Shown: positions 9,914-18,589, numbered from the stretch's first letter. The stretch is DNA of 64,000 bases from an uncultured Bacteroidales bacterium (GCA_963838215.1 CAWIQG010000003.1:320240-384239), one strand, 5' to 3'. Numbers and translations: made by a program. The notes: generated by a model from the letters alone, not told the origin.

Positions 9914-12009
9914 GTTGTGAATTGCTTTGGCTTCGCCGGGCTTCGCTTCGCTCCGGTTCAGTTTGTATCTTTGATATATTGAGCACAACATCGGCTCATG
10001 AGACTGCCGGATGGACTTCGTTGTGAATTGCTTTGGCTTCGCCGAGCTCCGCTTCGCTCCGGTTCAGTTTGTATCTTTGATATATTGAGCACAACGTTTG
10101 GTTTGTACTGCCATCGGTATTCAATGTTGTGAATTGCTTTCAGTTTGTATCTTTGATATATTGAGCACAACGCCTGTTGTTCCCTGTGAGCCACTCATGG
10201 CGTTGTGAATTGCTTTCAGTTTGTATCTTTGATATATTGAGCACAACTTTAATATATAGATAAAATCTACATATTGTGTTGTGAATTGCTTTCAGTTTGT
10301 ATCTTTGATATATTGAGCACAACTCTCCGGGAAATTGTACTTCCCAGTTTCAAGTTGTGAATTGCTTTCAGTTTGTATCTTTGATATATTGAGCACAACA
10401 ATCCGGGACAAAGAATGCTGCACTTTTTGGTTGTGAATTGCTTTCAGTTTGTATCTTTGATATATTGAGCACAACGGTTTCTAGAAGATGTTACGTTAAG
10501 TTTCGGCTGTTGTGAATTGCTTTCAGTTTGTATCTTTGATATATTGAGCACAACGCTGATTCCAAAGGAAGTACACGTTCATCTGTTGTGAATTGCTTTC
10601 AGTTTGTATCTTTGATATATTGAGCACAACAGCAGTTATGGAAGGTAATGCAGTTAGACTGTTGTGAATTGCTTTCAGTTTGTATCTTTGATATATTGAG
10701 CACAACTATTATATTCAGCATACCTTGGAGCATAACTGTTGTGAATTGCTTTCAGTTTGTATCTTTGATATATTGAGCACAACTCTATTGGTGGTTGTAC
10801 AACACCAGCACAGGTTGTGAATTGCTTTCAGTTTGTATCTTTGATATATTGAGCACAACTATGGTATCACTATCCCCGATGATAAAGTAGTTGTGAATTG
10901 CTTTCAGTTTGTATCTTTGATATATTGAGCACAACACTAGGAAGCTTATGAAACTGAGTTCCTTGGTTGTGAATTGCTTTCAGTTTGTATCTTTGATATA
11001 TTGAGCACAACCGTCAATGCGTAGGAAGTGCTTCATAGCGCGTTGTGAATTGCTTTCAGTTTGTATCTTTGATATATTGAGCACAACTCCGTCAGCGCTT
11101 ACGTGCAGCTGCACAACAGGTTGTGAATTGCTTTCAGTTTGTATCTTTGATATATTGAGCACAACTATATATTCAGCATACCTTGGAGCATAACAGTTGT
11201 GAATTGCTTTCAGTTTGTATCTTTGATATATTGAGCACAACAGCATTTGCAACTGGATTACTAGAATACGTAGTTGTGAATTGCTTTCAGTTTGTATCTT
11301 TGATATATTGAGCACAACTCAGTTGATGATTATATCCGAGGTGCAATGGTTGTGAATTGCTTTCAGTTTGTATCTTTGATATATTGAGCACAACTTTTAA
11401 ATTCATTTTCATTATTTCCGAATTGTTGTGAATTGCTTTCAGTTTGTATCTTTGATATATTGAGCACAACATGCTGGTGGAAGATCTAAGTTGCATTGAT
11501 TGTTGTGAATTGCTTTCAGTTTGTATCTTTGATATATTGAGCACAACTGAACTATCTCGTTACACGAATGATATGATAGTTGTGAATTGCTTTCAGTTTG
11601 TATCTTTGATATATTGAGCACAACTTTACACGATACAAGCAAAGGTAAGATATAGTTGTGAATTGCTTTCAGTTTGTATCTTTGATATATTGAGCACAAC
11701 TGATGGTGCGGCTTTAAATAACGATAGCTACGTTGTGAATTGCTTTCAGTTTGTATCTTTGATATATTGAGCACAACTGATGTGGCTATTGGTATGATGC
11801 GACGATATGTTGTGAATTGCTTTCAGTTTGTATCTTTGATATATTGAGCACAACGCACACAACCCTGACTCCTTCGACCTCGCAGTTGTGAATTGCTTTC
11901 AGTTTGTATCTTTGATATATTGAGCACAACTATGCAACATATAGGATCAGTTATTTCAAATTAGTTGTGAATTGCTTTCAGTTTGTATCTTTGATATATT
12001 GAGCACAAC
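9914..12009 (+). CRISPR. CRISPR array, type II-C-like: 27 repeats and 26 spacers
   Basis: The 46-nt repeat GTTGTGAATTGCTTTCAGTTTGTATCTTTGATATATTGAGCACAAC occurs 25 times. Repeats 1-2 (9914-9989, 10020-10095) are 76 nt because of a 30-nt insertion. Spacers are 30-33 nt. The plus-strand orientation is inferred from the tracrRNA anti-repeats and the terminator at 12085. Confidence 0.97.
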
Positions 12010-12084
12010 ATACCAGGTATTAAGTGGCTTAAAACGTGTTCTTTAATATCAAAAGCAGAAAATAAAAAATTGTGCTCTGAAATT

Positions 12085-12114
12085 GCTCCGGAATAACTAC
12101 TTCGGAGCTTTTTT
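12085..12114 (+). terminator. rho-independent terminator downstream of the CRISPR array
   Basis: GCTCCGGA-ATAACTAC-TTCGGAGC gives an 8-bp stem, followed by TTTTTT. Confidence 0.7.
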
Positions 12115-12133
12115 CATTCCTGTGGCCAGGTAA

Positions 12134-12222
12134 TTCGCCCCGTCAGGGGCAGAATAGATAAAACAGGGCAACGCCCTGTCTATAATGAAAACATATCAAT
12201 GTAGCCCCGTAGAGGGCGAAAT
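12134..12222. repeat. REP-like hairpin cluster, copy b
   Basis: TTCGCCCCGTCAGGGGC, CAGGGCAACGCCCTG (perfect hairpin) and an inverted M1, GTAGCCCCGTAGAGGGCGAAAT. Confidence 0.65.
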
Positions 12223-12303
12223 AAAATTCATATTTACGTAAAATTCCGGTAAAAGAATCATCAGTTAAAAATGATTTTGTAAATTAGTGAAAAACGAATA
12301 ATT

Positions 12304-12750
12304 ATGTCGCAGTCTTTTGTCCAATTCTATGCCCATATTGTTTTTCATACAAAGAACAATATGCAACTAATCAGACCAGAAATCGAGGTTGAATTGTATT
12401 CATACCTTGGGGGTATTCTCAAAAACTATAAATCTAATCCGATCCAGATAGGCGGAACATCTGACCACATCCATATTCTGTGTACTTTACCAAAAACTAT
12501 GGCACCTGCTGACCTGGTGGAGGAGATTAAAAAGAGTTCTTCAAAGTGGATAAAAACAAAGGGAGAAAAATACCTGAACTTCTACTGGCAGGATGGTTAT
12601 GGAGGATTCTCTGTAAGCAGTTCAGGGTTGGAAGCTGTTAAGAAGTACATATTGACTCAGAAAGAGCATCATAAGAAGCTATCAGTAATAGATGAATACA
12701 AGAATCTTCTGGATGCGTACGGTATCCATTATGAAGATAGGTACCTCTGA
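12304..12750 (+). CDS. IS200/IS605-family Y1 transposase-like protein (REP-associated tyrosine transposase, RAYT-like)
   Basis: 148 aa. N-terminus YAHIVFHTKNN, HUH motif DHIHIL, FYWQDGYGGFSV, and a C-terminal Tyr region KKYILTQKEHHKK. Confidence 0.8.
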   Translation: MSQSFVQFYAHIVFHTKNNMQLIRPEIEVELYSYLGGILKNYKSNPIQIGGTSDHIHILCTLPKTMAPADLVEEIKKSSSKWIKTKGEKYLNFYWQDGYGGFSVSSSGLEAVKKYILTQKEHHKKLSVIDEYKNLLDAYGIHYEDRYL

Positions 12751-12760
12751 TCTTCTTCTA

Positions 12761-12870
12761 TTGCGCCCACTACGGGGCTTAATGTACAGGGTTGTGCAGT
12801 CGTCGGGTTGCACCCGACTTTCATCTATGTAAGGCCTACGGTCTTACCTGCCTTAGGGTAAAACCCTTTT
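12761..12870. repeat. REP-like hairpin cluster, copy c (M1-M2-M3 plus an extra hairpin)
   Basis: TTGCGCCCACTACGGGGCTT ... GTCGGGTTGCACCCGAC ... AAGGCCTACGGTCTT ... AGGGTAAAACCCT. Confidence 0.7.
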
Positions 12871-12888
12871 AAAATGGTGTGAAAAGAG

Positions 12889-13230
12889 TTAGAACATCTC
12901 AAGTTGCTGGGGTGTTTCCGGACGTTTTGCCGGGTCTCTGCTACGAAAAAACTCCATCATACCGAACTGTTTATCGGTAAGCGTAAAGATTATTATCTCT
13001 CCTTTCGGAGCAAGAAATGACCTGACCCTTTTAATATGAACATCAGCATTTTCCCGGCTGTTACAGTGTCGTACATAAATTGAATATTGCAGCATCGTAA
13101 AACCGTCTTTCTGCAAAGACTTCCTGAATATTGTGTAGTTCTTCCGATCTTTTTTAGTTTCAGTCGGAAGATCAAAAAATACGAAAGCCCACATTATCCT
13201 GTATTGATTTAAACGAGATAGTTCTTCCAT
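12889..13230 (-). CDS. cas2: CRISPR-associated endoribonuclease Cas2
   Basis: 113 aa with the typical type II Cas2 N-terminus RIMWAFVFFDLPTETKKDRKNYTIFRKSLQKDGFTMLQYSIY. Lies directly downstream of cas1. Confidence 0.9.
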   Translation of the reverse strand: MEELSRLNQYRIMWAFVFFDLPTETKKDRKNYTIFRKSLQKDGFTMLQYSIYVRHCNSRENADVHIKRVRSFLAPKGEIIIFTLTDKQFGMMEFFRSRDPAKRPETPQQLEMF

Positions 13231-13247
13231 ATTCGTAAATCAGTTAA

Positions 13248-14153
13248 TCAGCTCATAACCGGATACATAATTTTCCGGGTCTCCCCGTCAAAACATGAAG
13301 CCAGAGAAGCCGTGGTACGTTGCACACCTACCATTAAGGGGCTGCTTTTCCCATCAATAACAACATCAATGACAGGAATCTGCAAAAGTCTTTTTTTGAT
13401 CTCAGGAGACAATTCTTCCAATTCCGGGATTTCCTGAATTATATCAAGCACCAGGGAATCAACATAGGGTCTGAATGGTTCCATAATATCGTCCGCGAGG
13501 CAATATGGATTATATTTATTCCGGTGATGAATTCCAATTGACGGAAAAAGACCTGATGCAATCAGTGACCGTGCAACTATTGCCCTAAGAACTGCATATC
13601 CATAGTTAAGAAGGTTATTTGGTGGTTCACCAAAACGGTGCCTCAAGAAAATTGCACCGCTGAAAAGATTATCCCAATAATATGCCGCAGCCCTGCCTTC
13701 GACATTTCCGGAATCTCCGCTTTTAACATCAGTAAGATAGAAATCCATTTTTTTCGTGTCAATTCCGACTCTTTTCAAGAGAGCTGCCTGGTTTTCAATT
13801 TTTGAAGTGACAGTCTGCTGCCAGAGATTCTTCATAAGAGGTTGTGATGCTTCAAGCTGAGAATACAGTTTTTCTGTAAATGCATGATGCGAAAACATGG
13901 GGAGCATTAAACCATAAGGCAAATGAGAAGTATCACAGCTTAATATGGCTGAATTATTTTCATTCAGTGCCATTATCAAAGCGTTACTGATAATTATCTG
14001 GGGATTGTCAAGTATGACCAGTCCTATGTCTTCAACCGGCACAGAATTATCTTCCTTACTTTCTTCTATAGGAAAACTGACCATCAACTGCATATCCTTT
14101 TTCCTGAGGGTACATGGATTACCGAAGTATAGTGTTCTTTTAATCATTGGCAT
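13248..14153 (-). CDS. cas1: CRISPR-associated endonuclease Cas1 (type II)
   Basis: 301 aa with Cas1 motifs GNVEGRAAAYYW, LNYGYAVLRAIVARSL, GIHHRNKYNPYCLADDIMEPFRP. Sits between cas9 and cas2. Confidence 0.93.
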   Translation of the reverse strand: MPMIKRTLYFGNPCTLRKKDMQLMVSFPIEESKEDNSVPVEDIGLVILDNPQIIISNALIMALNENNSAILSCDTSHLPYGLMLPMFSHHAFTEKLYSQLEASQPLMKNLWQQTVTSKIENQAALLKRVGIDTKKMDFYLTDVKSGDSGNVEGRAAAYYWDNLFSGAIFLRHRFGEPPNNLLNYGYAVLRAIVARSLIASGLFPSIGIHHRNKYNPYCLADDIMEPFRPYVDSLVLDIIQEIPELEELSPEIKKRLLQIPVIDVVIDGKSSPLMVGVQRTTASLASCFDGETRKIMYPVMS

Positions 14154-14243
14154 AAAGAGTTAAATTTCATGAAATGAAAAAACTATTATTACAACCGATG
14201 AGATTCATTTCTTAGCTCTAAAATACTGACGGAAAGGTTGATT

Positions 14244-17200
14244 TTATTTGAAGATAATTTCTCCGTCAGGCTTGATTTCAAAGTCTTTACCTTCAATGGC
14301 ACAAGTAAAACAACTTGCAACAAGACATAAACGGGCTTGATACTTGTTGGGGTCAAAGCTATTATCTCCATTCCCAAGTTTTTCGTTTGGTCTAGCTTCG
14401 ATGTGGTTTTGTAAATATATAAAAGGAGTACCCATTTCATTAAACTTATACACTCTGTAAATTCTTTTTAATAAATCTTGTTTTGGCATATCTTTCAATT
14501 CGTTGATATCATTTGTATAAAAAATTACTTTTGTCCCAACTTTTATTATCGCATCAACAGGGATTTCTGTCTTGATTTTACCCCGACCAACTAAAATAGT
14601 TTTATAGTAGTTATCATTCCTAATATCTTCAGTATATTTAAGTTTGAGCATTGCTAGTTCATATAATCCTACCAATCTAAATGATCTTACCGTTTTGTCA
14701 CCTGTGGTTTTTTCATAATAGAGACAAAGTGTATTATCTTCATTTTGTGCATAAACAAAATGCTTATACTCTTTATCTTTAGATAGAAATGTATGCTTTC
14801 TAATTGGAATTGCTTTATTTGGTGTGAGATAACCTCGACCAGCAACAACTTTACATCTGACTTTCTTAATATAAGCTTTACCAGACGGAAATGGGATAGG
14901 TTCTAGTTTTGCTTGATCGAAAGTTTTCCCGGATTCCATCCTCTTTTCGAGTTCGCTTCTGATAATTTCACGAACTGCCTTATCAACTATATTTTTGCAG
15001 TCATTAATACTTGTAAATGTAGATACCGGATAACGCTCTACCAAACATAGTTGATCCTCAATTTTTATGGCTCCTAATAAACTCTCTTTATGAAGTTGCC
15101 CTCTGATAGAATCCCCTTTAGCAATTAAGGGAATTTTTTTGCCCTCTTTATCTACCTTATAATTCCACTTACCATCAGTATCTATAGATTTTACATATTG
15201 TTGAATGCCACGTTTCCGTATTTTTTTTATTGCTGGGATAAGAGTACTGTTTTTCGCCTGGTAGTTTATTAATACCTCATTATGAATAGATAAGACATAA
15301 TTAGCATTGAATCCATCCCAATCCATTACTCTTTCATGGTAGGTTTCATTTGATTCATTATCTTTAAACTCATTATATTTCATTAATATTTGGTCTCTAA
15401 TAGCTGCCGGCGGTATTAAAGTAAGAATTGCAGCATCAATTGCATGATGGCTATGCTTTTCTCTGTCTTTTTTCTCAACTTTTGGTTGAATCTTATATAT
15501 TTCTCTGAAGGAGGCAGTAATACTTCCTTTTTGGACTTCAACGCTTTTGAAGATCGTTCTTAAAAAAGGTAATGCGTATTTTGTTATTACCTGAGTGTCT
15601 TTTAATTGACTATTACGCCAACCGGATTTATACTCCTTACAGGTAAATGTATCTAACTTTTTACGCCAATAATCCAATTCAAATCTGATTAAATGTCTAC
15701 GTTGAATACAAGCATCCTTAATCTCTTTAGTTGAAGCAAACTTGGTTTTGATTTTCCATTCTTCTAATAATTTCTCTAAATGCTCAACTTTTTCTTCCAT
15801 GAATTTTAAACGAGGTTTTATTGGGGAATATTCTTTCCCGTTTATCATCGCATCGTTTTCGTAATTAGAACATTCACTAGGTAAATGTTTACCTTTTATG
15901 TTTATGTTATAATCTATTTCAGCGATTGTTAGATTTTTTAACTCATTATCAAAACTCATGCTTGCAGGAATAGTATGTTCAAAATTGAACTTTGAACCAT
16001 CAAATAATTCAGTACAATTTATAGTTTTTCCCGTATATAAACATCGTTGATTTTGTTCCATCCATAAACGATATTTGGTAATTATCTTGCTATCCTCAGG
16101 GTTGATAATCATTTTTGGATTGGCTTCAGCTATTTCGCGAATCTTTACTTTATATGAATCATTTTCTTTCTCCCTCTGTCTTTGCCAGGTTTCAATTGCC
16201 TTACGCATATTTGTGTCGTTTAATTCGCGTGCTATTTCAATGACCACACGTGTATTTTCATCAATCTTACCTGACTTGAGTAGATAATTCATTAGTTTCT
16301 TAAGTTCGTGCATTGTACGTAGTGCCATTGGGTTTTTAAAACCTCTACTAATAGGACGAGGGTCTCCCAATAGTTTAGTCGTGAAACCATCTTTCTGAAC
16401 ATTTGGATACTTTTTTATGAATTCATCCACTTTTTCTACTGGAATATAGGATTCTTTCCCATTTTGGATAAATTTTTGGTAAACAGCAGCATCAGTATAA
16501 GTCTCTTGTTCAGAAGGGTGCCATAAGTATTTAATGTTTTCGGAAGGAATATTGTAATATTTTCGCAAACCCTCAAAGATTTTATCGTGTAACCTGCTTG
16601 GTTTTAAAAATAGCGTTTCTTTTTTCGCATTAATTGGCTTTCTTAAGAACGAAAGATATGCTTTCTCAATATTTTGATAAATTAAGCTCCGTTTTTCATC
16701 ATTGATTTTTCCCAACCATGTTTTATTTCCAAAAACTTCAATTATTTTATTAGAAATATCCTTTTTGTCTTCATTATCTAATTGATAATCTTTAGCCATT
16801 CCAAAACGATACTCACTATTCAGTTGATCACTTATCAAACTATTGATAACCATATTGGTATTTATTTCTGTTTTATGATCTTTAATTATTTCTGAAATAG
16901 TTTCCACAATCTTATTGGCATCATCAAGAGTTATCTCGTTATTATTGACAACTTTATGCAGATTAGCCAGATAAACGGATTCGCTATACATAAAGCCTTT
17001 TTGAAGGTAAGGCAATATTTTCTTTATTGCTGAAAGACTTAAGGTTGCATATCCTTGTTGTAGATTTATTTTTGAAAATCTCTTTGCAGATTCCTCATCC
17101 AATTTTAACTTTTGCAAACCAAATTCTTTTAATTTCTCATTACTATCAAAACTGAACAGGACATGCCAAATATCACCAATAGAATAGTTACATATTTCTG

Positions 17201-18386
17201 GTTTATTTTTATTTTGCAGAATCTCATTCCATCCAAAATCTTCTTTCCAGTTATTGCCTAATATTTTTTCAAAATTGTTTAATAAGTTGCATGAAACCAC
17301 TTTTGTATCATTCGAGAATTTCGATTCAATTATGCCTCCTACCTTTTGTACTTGCTTGAGTATTTTAGTGAGCTTAATATCTCTTGATGAATTATAAAAT
17401 AAAGGGTAAATTTCATCATGAAGATATTTAATCTTGTCAACATTTTCAGGAAGTTTGATTTTAAGGTTATTTATAAACACCCACGTCCTAAATTCTTCAT
17501 ACATTGGGTGGCTAATAGGACAGCGAGGTTTATTTTTCTCAAAGGTACAGATTCCTACTAATCCTTTCTGACTTCGTAATGGTCGTTGCCAGATAATTGC
17601 TTTCCATAGTCTTGAATAATCATCTTCTGTTATTTTCTGAATTCGACAAATCTCTGTTAGTTCACGCTCATAATCTGTTCTCAGATTGTACCTTTTTCTT
17701 ATTCTCCCTCTCGAATCTTTTTGAATATGATAAAGAGCTGCACCCAATGTTTTGTATTTTTCAATATATGGAGCAATATCATCATGCCCCTGAGTTCCAG
17801 TTTTTTTACTTCCTTCCAAAATGGTCTTAGCCTCATTCGAATCATCAGCTCTTCCCCTGTATCCTCGTCGTTGAACTAATTGGTAAAAAATCCTTCCAAT
17901 AATATGTGGATTTTTAACAAATACGCTCCTGTCCTTTTCATTCTCACTAATTGCTTTGACTCGAAATATGTAATGACTCTCACCTGGTTCTGCATTAAAT
18001 AAATGAAAATCTGGTTTCAAATCTCCATCAAAATCAAACCTTAGCCATTGAATAAATTTTTCAGATTGAGGATATTCTCTTCCTTTCCCGATTGAGTAAT
18101 GTCTCCATGAATTTAATTCATCGATAGTGAGCGGACATAAGTTTCTTTCAATTAGAAACTCCAATAACTCCCATTTTCTGTATTTCTCTGCTTGATAGTT
18201 TCTCCTTTTACCTCTACTCTCAGTTCTTTTTTTTACAATTGGTATTTCGACCCCTTTTTCTTCACCTACTCCTTTCTCAAAGGTGAGTACACCTTTGTCA
18301 ATAATTTGGTTCTTTGAAACTGAAGAATCTCTTATTGCCCATCCAATTGAGTTACTCCCTAAATCTATTCCTATAATTTTTTCCAT
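14244..18386 (-). CDS. cas9: CRISPR-associated endonuclease Cas9 (type II-C, long Bacteroidetes-like form)
   Basis: 1380 aa. RuvC-I IGIDLGSNSIGWAI, Arg-rich bridge helix RTESRGKRRNYQAEKYRK, RuvC-II VVIEIARE, HNH CLYTGKTI...FEHTIPASMSFDNELKNL...N, and RuvC-III HHAIDAAIL. No csn2 or cas4 is present nearby. Confidence 0.97.
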   Translation of the reverse strand: MEKIIGIDLGSNSIGWAIRDSSVSKNQIIDKGVLTFEKGVGEEKGVEIPIVKKRTESRGKRRNYQAEKYRKWELLEFLIERNLCPLTIDELNSWRHYSIGKGREYPQSEKFIQWLRFDFDGDLKPDFHLFNAEPGESHYIFRVKAISENEKDRSVFVKNPHIIGRIFYQLVQRRGYRGRADDSNEAKTILEGSKKTGTQGHDDIAPYIEKYKTLGAALYHIQKDSRGRIRKRYNLRTDYERELTEICRIQKITEDDYSRLWKAIIWQRPLRSQKGLVGICTFEKNKPRCPISHPMYEEFRTWVFINNLKIKLPENVDKIKYLHDEIYPLFYNSSRDIKLTKILKQVQKVGGIIESKFSNDTKVVSCNLLNNFEKILGNNWKEDFGWNEILQNKNKPEICNYSIGDIWHVLFSFDSNEKLKEFGLQKLKLDEESAKRFSKINLQQGYATLSLSAIKKILPYLQKGFMYSESVYLANLHKVVNNNEITLDDANKIVETISEIIKDHKTEINTNMVINSLISDQLNSEYRFGMAKDYQLDNEDKKDISNKIIEVFGNKTWLGKINDEKRSLIYQNIEKAYLSFLRKPINAKKETLFLKPSRLHDKIFEGLRKYYNIPSENIKYLWHPSEQETYTDAAVYQKFIQNGKESYIPVEKVDEFIKKYPNVQKDGFTTKLLGDPRPISRGFKNPMALRTMHELKKLMNYLLKSGKIDENTRVVIEIARELNDTNMRKAIETWQRQREKENDSYKVKIREIAEANPKMIINPEDSKIITKYRLWMEQNQRCLYTGKTINCTELFDGSKFNFEHTIPASMSFDNELKNLTIAEIDYNINIKGKHLPSECSNYENDAMINGKEYSPIKPRLKFMEEKVEHLEKLLEEWKIKTKFASTKEIKDACIQRRHLIRFELDYWRKKLDTFTCKEYKSGWRNSQLKDTQVITKYALPFLRTIFKSVEVQKGSITASFREIYKIQPKVEKKDREKHSHHAIDAAILTLIPPAAIRDQILMKYNEFKDNESNETYHERVMDWDGFNANYVLSIHNEVLINYQAKNSTLIPAIKKIRKRGIQQYVKSIDTDGKWNYKVDKEGKKIPLIAKGDSIRGQLHKESLLGAIKIEDQLCLVERYPVSTFTSINDCKNIVDKAVREIIRSELEKRMESGKTFDQAKLEPIPFPSGKAYIKKVRCKVVAGRGYLTPNKAIPIRKHTFLSKDKEYKHFVYAQNEDNTLCLYYEKTTGDKTVRSFRLVGLYELAMLKLKYTEDIRNDNYYKTILVGRGKIKTEIPVDAIIKVGTKVIFYTNDINELKDMPKQDLLKRIYRVYKFNEMGTPFIYLQNHIEARPNEKLGNGDNSFDPNKYQARLCLVASCFTCAIEGKDFEIKPDGEIIFK

Positions 18387-18440
18387 ATGTTTGATTAAAA
18401 TTGTTATTAATGTCTTATCTTAAAAAAAATGTTATACCTT

Positions 18441-18526
18441 TACAACATTGAAAGCTTTTCACAATAAGGCTATAAGCCGAAGAAAATCTTAAACCCTGCG
18501 TACTCCGTGGGGTTTTTATTTTTTCT
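18441..18526 (+). ncRNA. tracrRNA candidate A (cas9-proximal, divergent from cas9)
   Basis: Anti-repeat TACAACATTGAAAGCTTTTCACAAT is complementary to repeat nt 1-24, with a 2-nt internal mismatch. It is followed by the nexus AAGGCTATAAGCC and the terminator AAACCCTGCG-TACTC-CGTGGGGTTT plus a U-tract. Ends are approximate. Confidence 0.6.
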
Positions 18527-18589
18527 TTCATTGATTAACGCCCATCCAATGCTGTTGTGATTAAAATTAAGTCCAAGTGCTGTTCCCAT
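18527..18589 (-). pseudogene. decayed 5' stub of a second (older) cas9 gene
   Basis: The minus strand reads ATG GGA ACA GCA CTT GGA CTT AAT TTT AAT CAC AAC AGC ATT GGA TGG GCG TTA ATC AAT GAA, i.e. MGTALGLNFNHNSIGWALINE. This matches the Cas9 RuvC-I consensus (LGLDLGTNSIGWA), with the catalytic Asp replaced by Asn. The frame then runs into the tracr-A terminator. Confidence 0.7.

Larger units (their letters stand above)
12134..12870 (+). mobile_element. RAYT-type unit: Y1 (HUH) transposase gene flanked by REP-like hairpin clusters
   Basis: The transposase ORF 12304..12750 is flanked by GC-rich hairpin clusters at 12134-12222 and 12761-12870. The left cluster includes an inverted M1 copy, GTAGCCCCGTAGAGGGCGAA. 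Confidence 0.65.

Noticed and set aside
9958-11774. Seven ORFs of 60-111 aa on the minus strand (9958..10194, 10140..10322, 10292..10474, 10523..10705, 10980..11315, 11287..11544, 11439..11774), all containing ...LNISKIQTESNSQ... and ...CSIYQRYKLKAIHN...
   Set aside because: They are translations of the CRISPR repeats. The repeated peptide blocks follow the 76-nt array period, so these are not genes.
9914-12009. Alternative minus-strand orientation of the CRISPR array (same direction as the cas genes)
   Set aside because: Both tracrRNA-like genes have anti-repeats complementary to the plus-strand repeat 5' end, followed by canonical nexus and terminator elements. A plus-strand terminator follows the array. 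The TAnnTTTG box in the repeat is on the plus strand. The only minus-strand candidate (AGAGCACAA near 12070) has no scaffold or terminator.
14154-14243. Possible third anti-repeat (CTATTATTACAACC) in the cas9-cas1 spacer, where Neisseria type II-C loci carry their tracrRNA
   Set aside because: It is only about a 6/8 match to the end of the repeat complement, with no AAGG nexus hairpin and no terminator downstream. This is consistent with chance in AT-rich DNA.
14189-17830. Short ORFs inside or antisense to cas9 (14189..14440, 16075..16287, 17597..17830)
   Set aside because: They are fully embedded in the 1380-aa cas9 ORF, have low-complexity composition and show no motifs.
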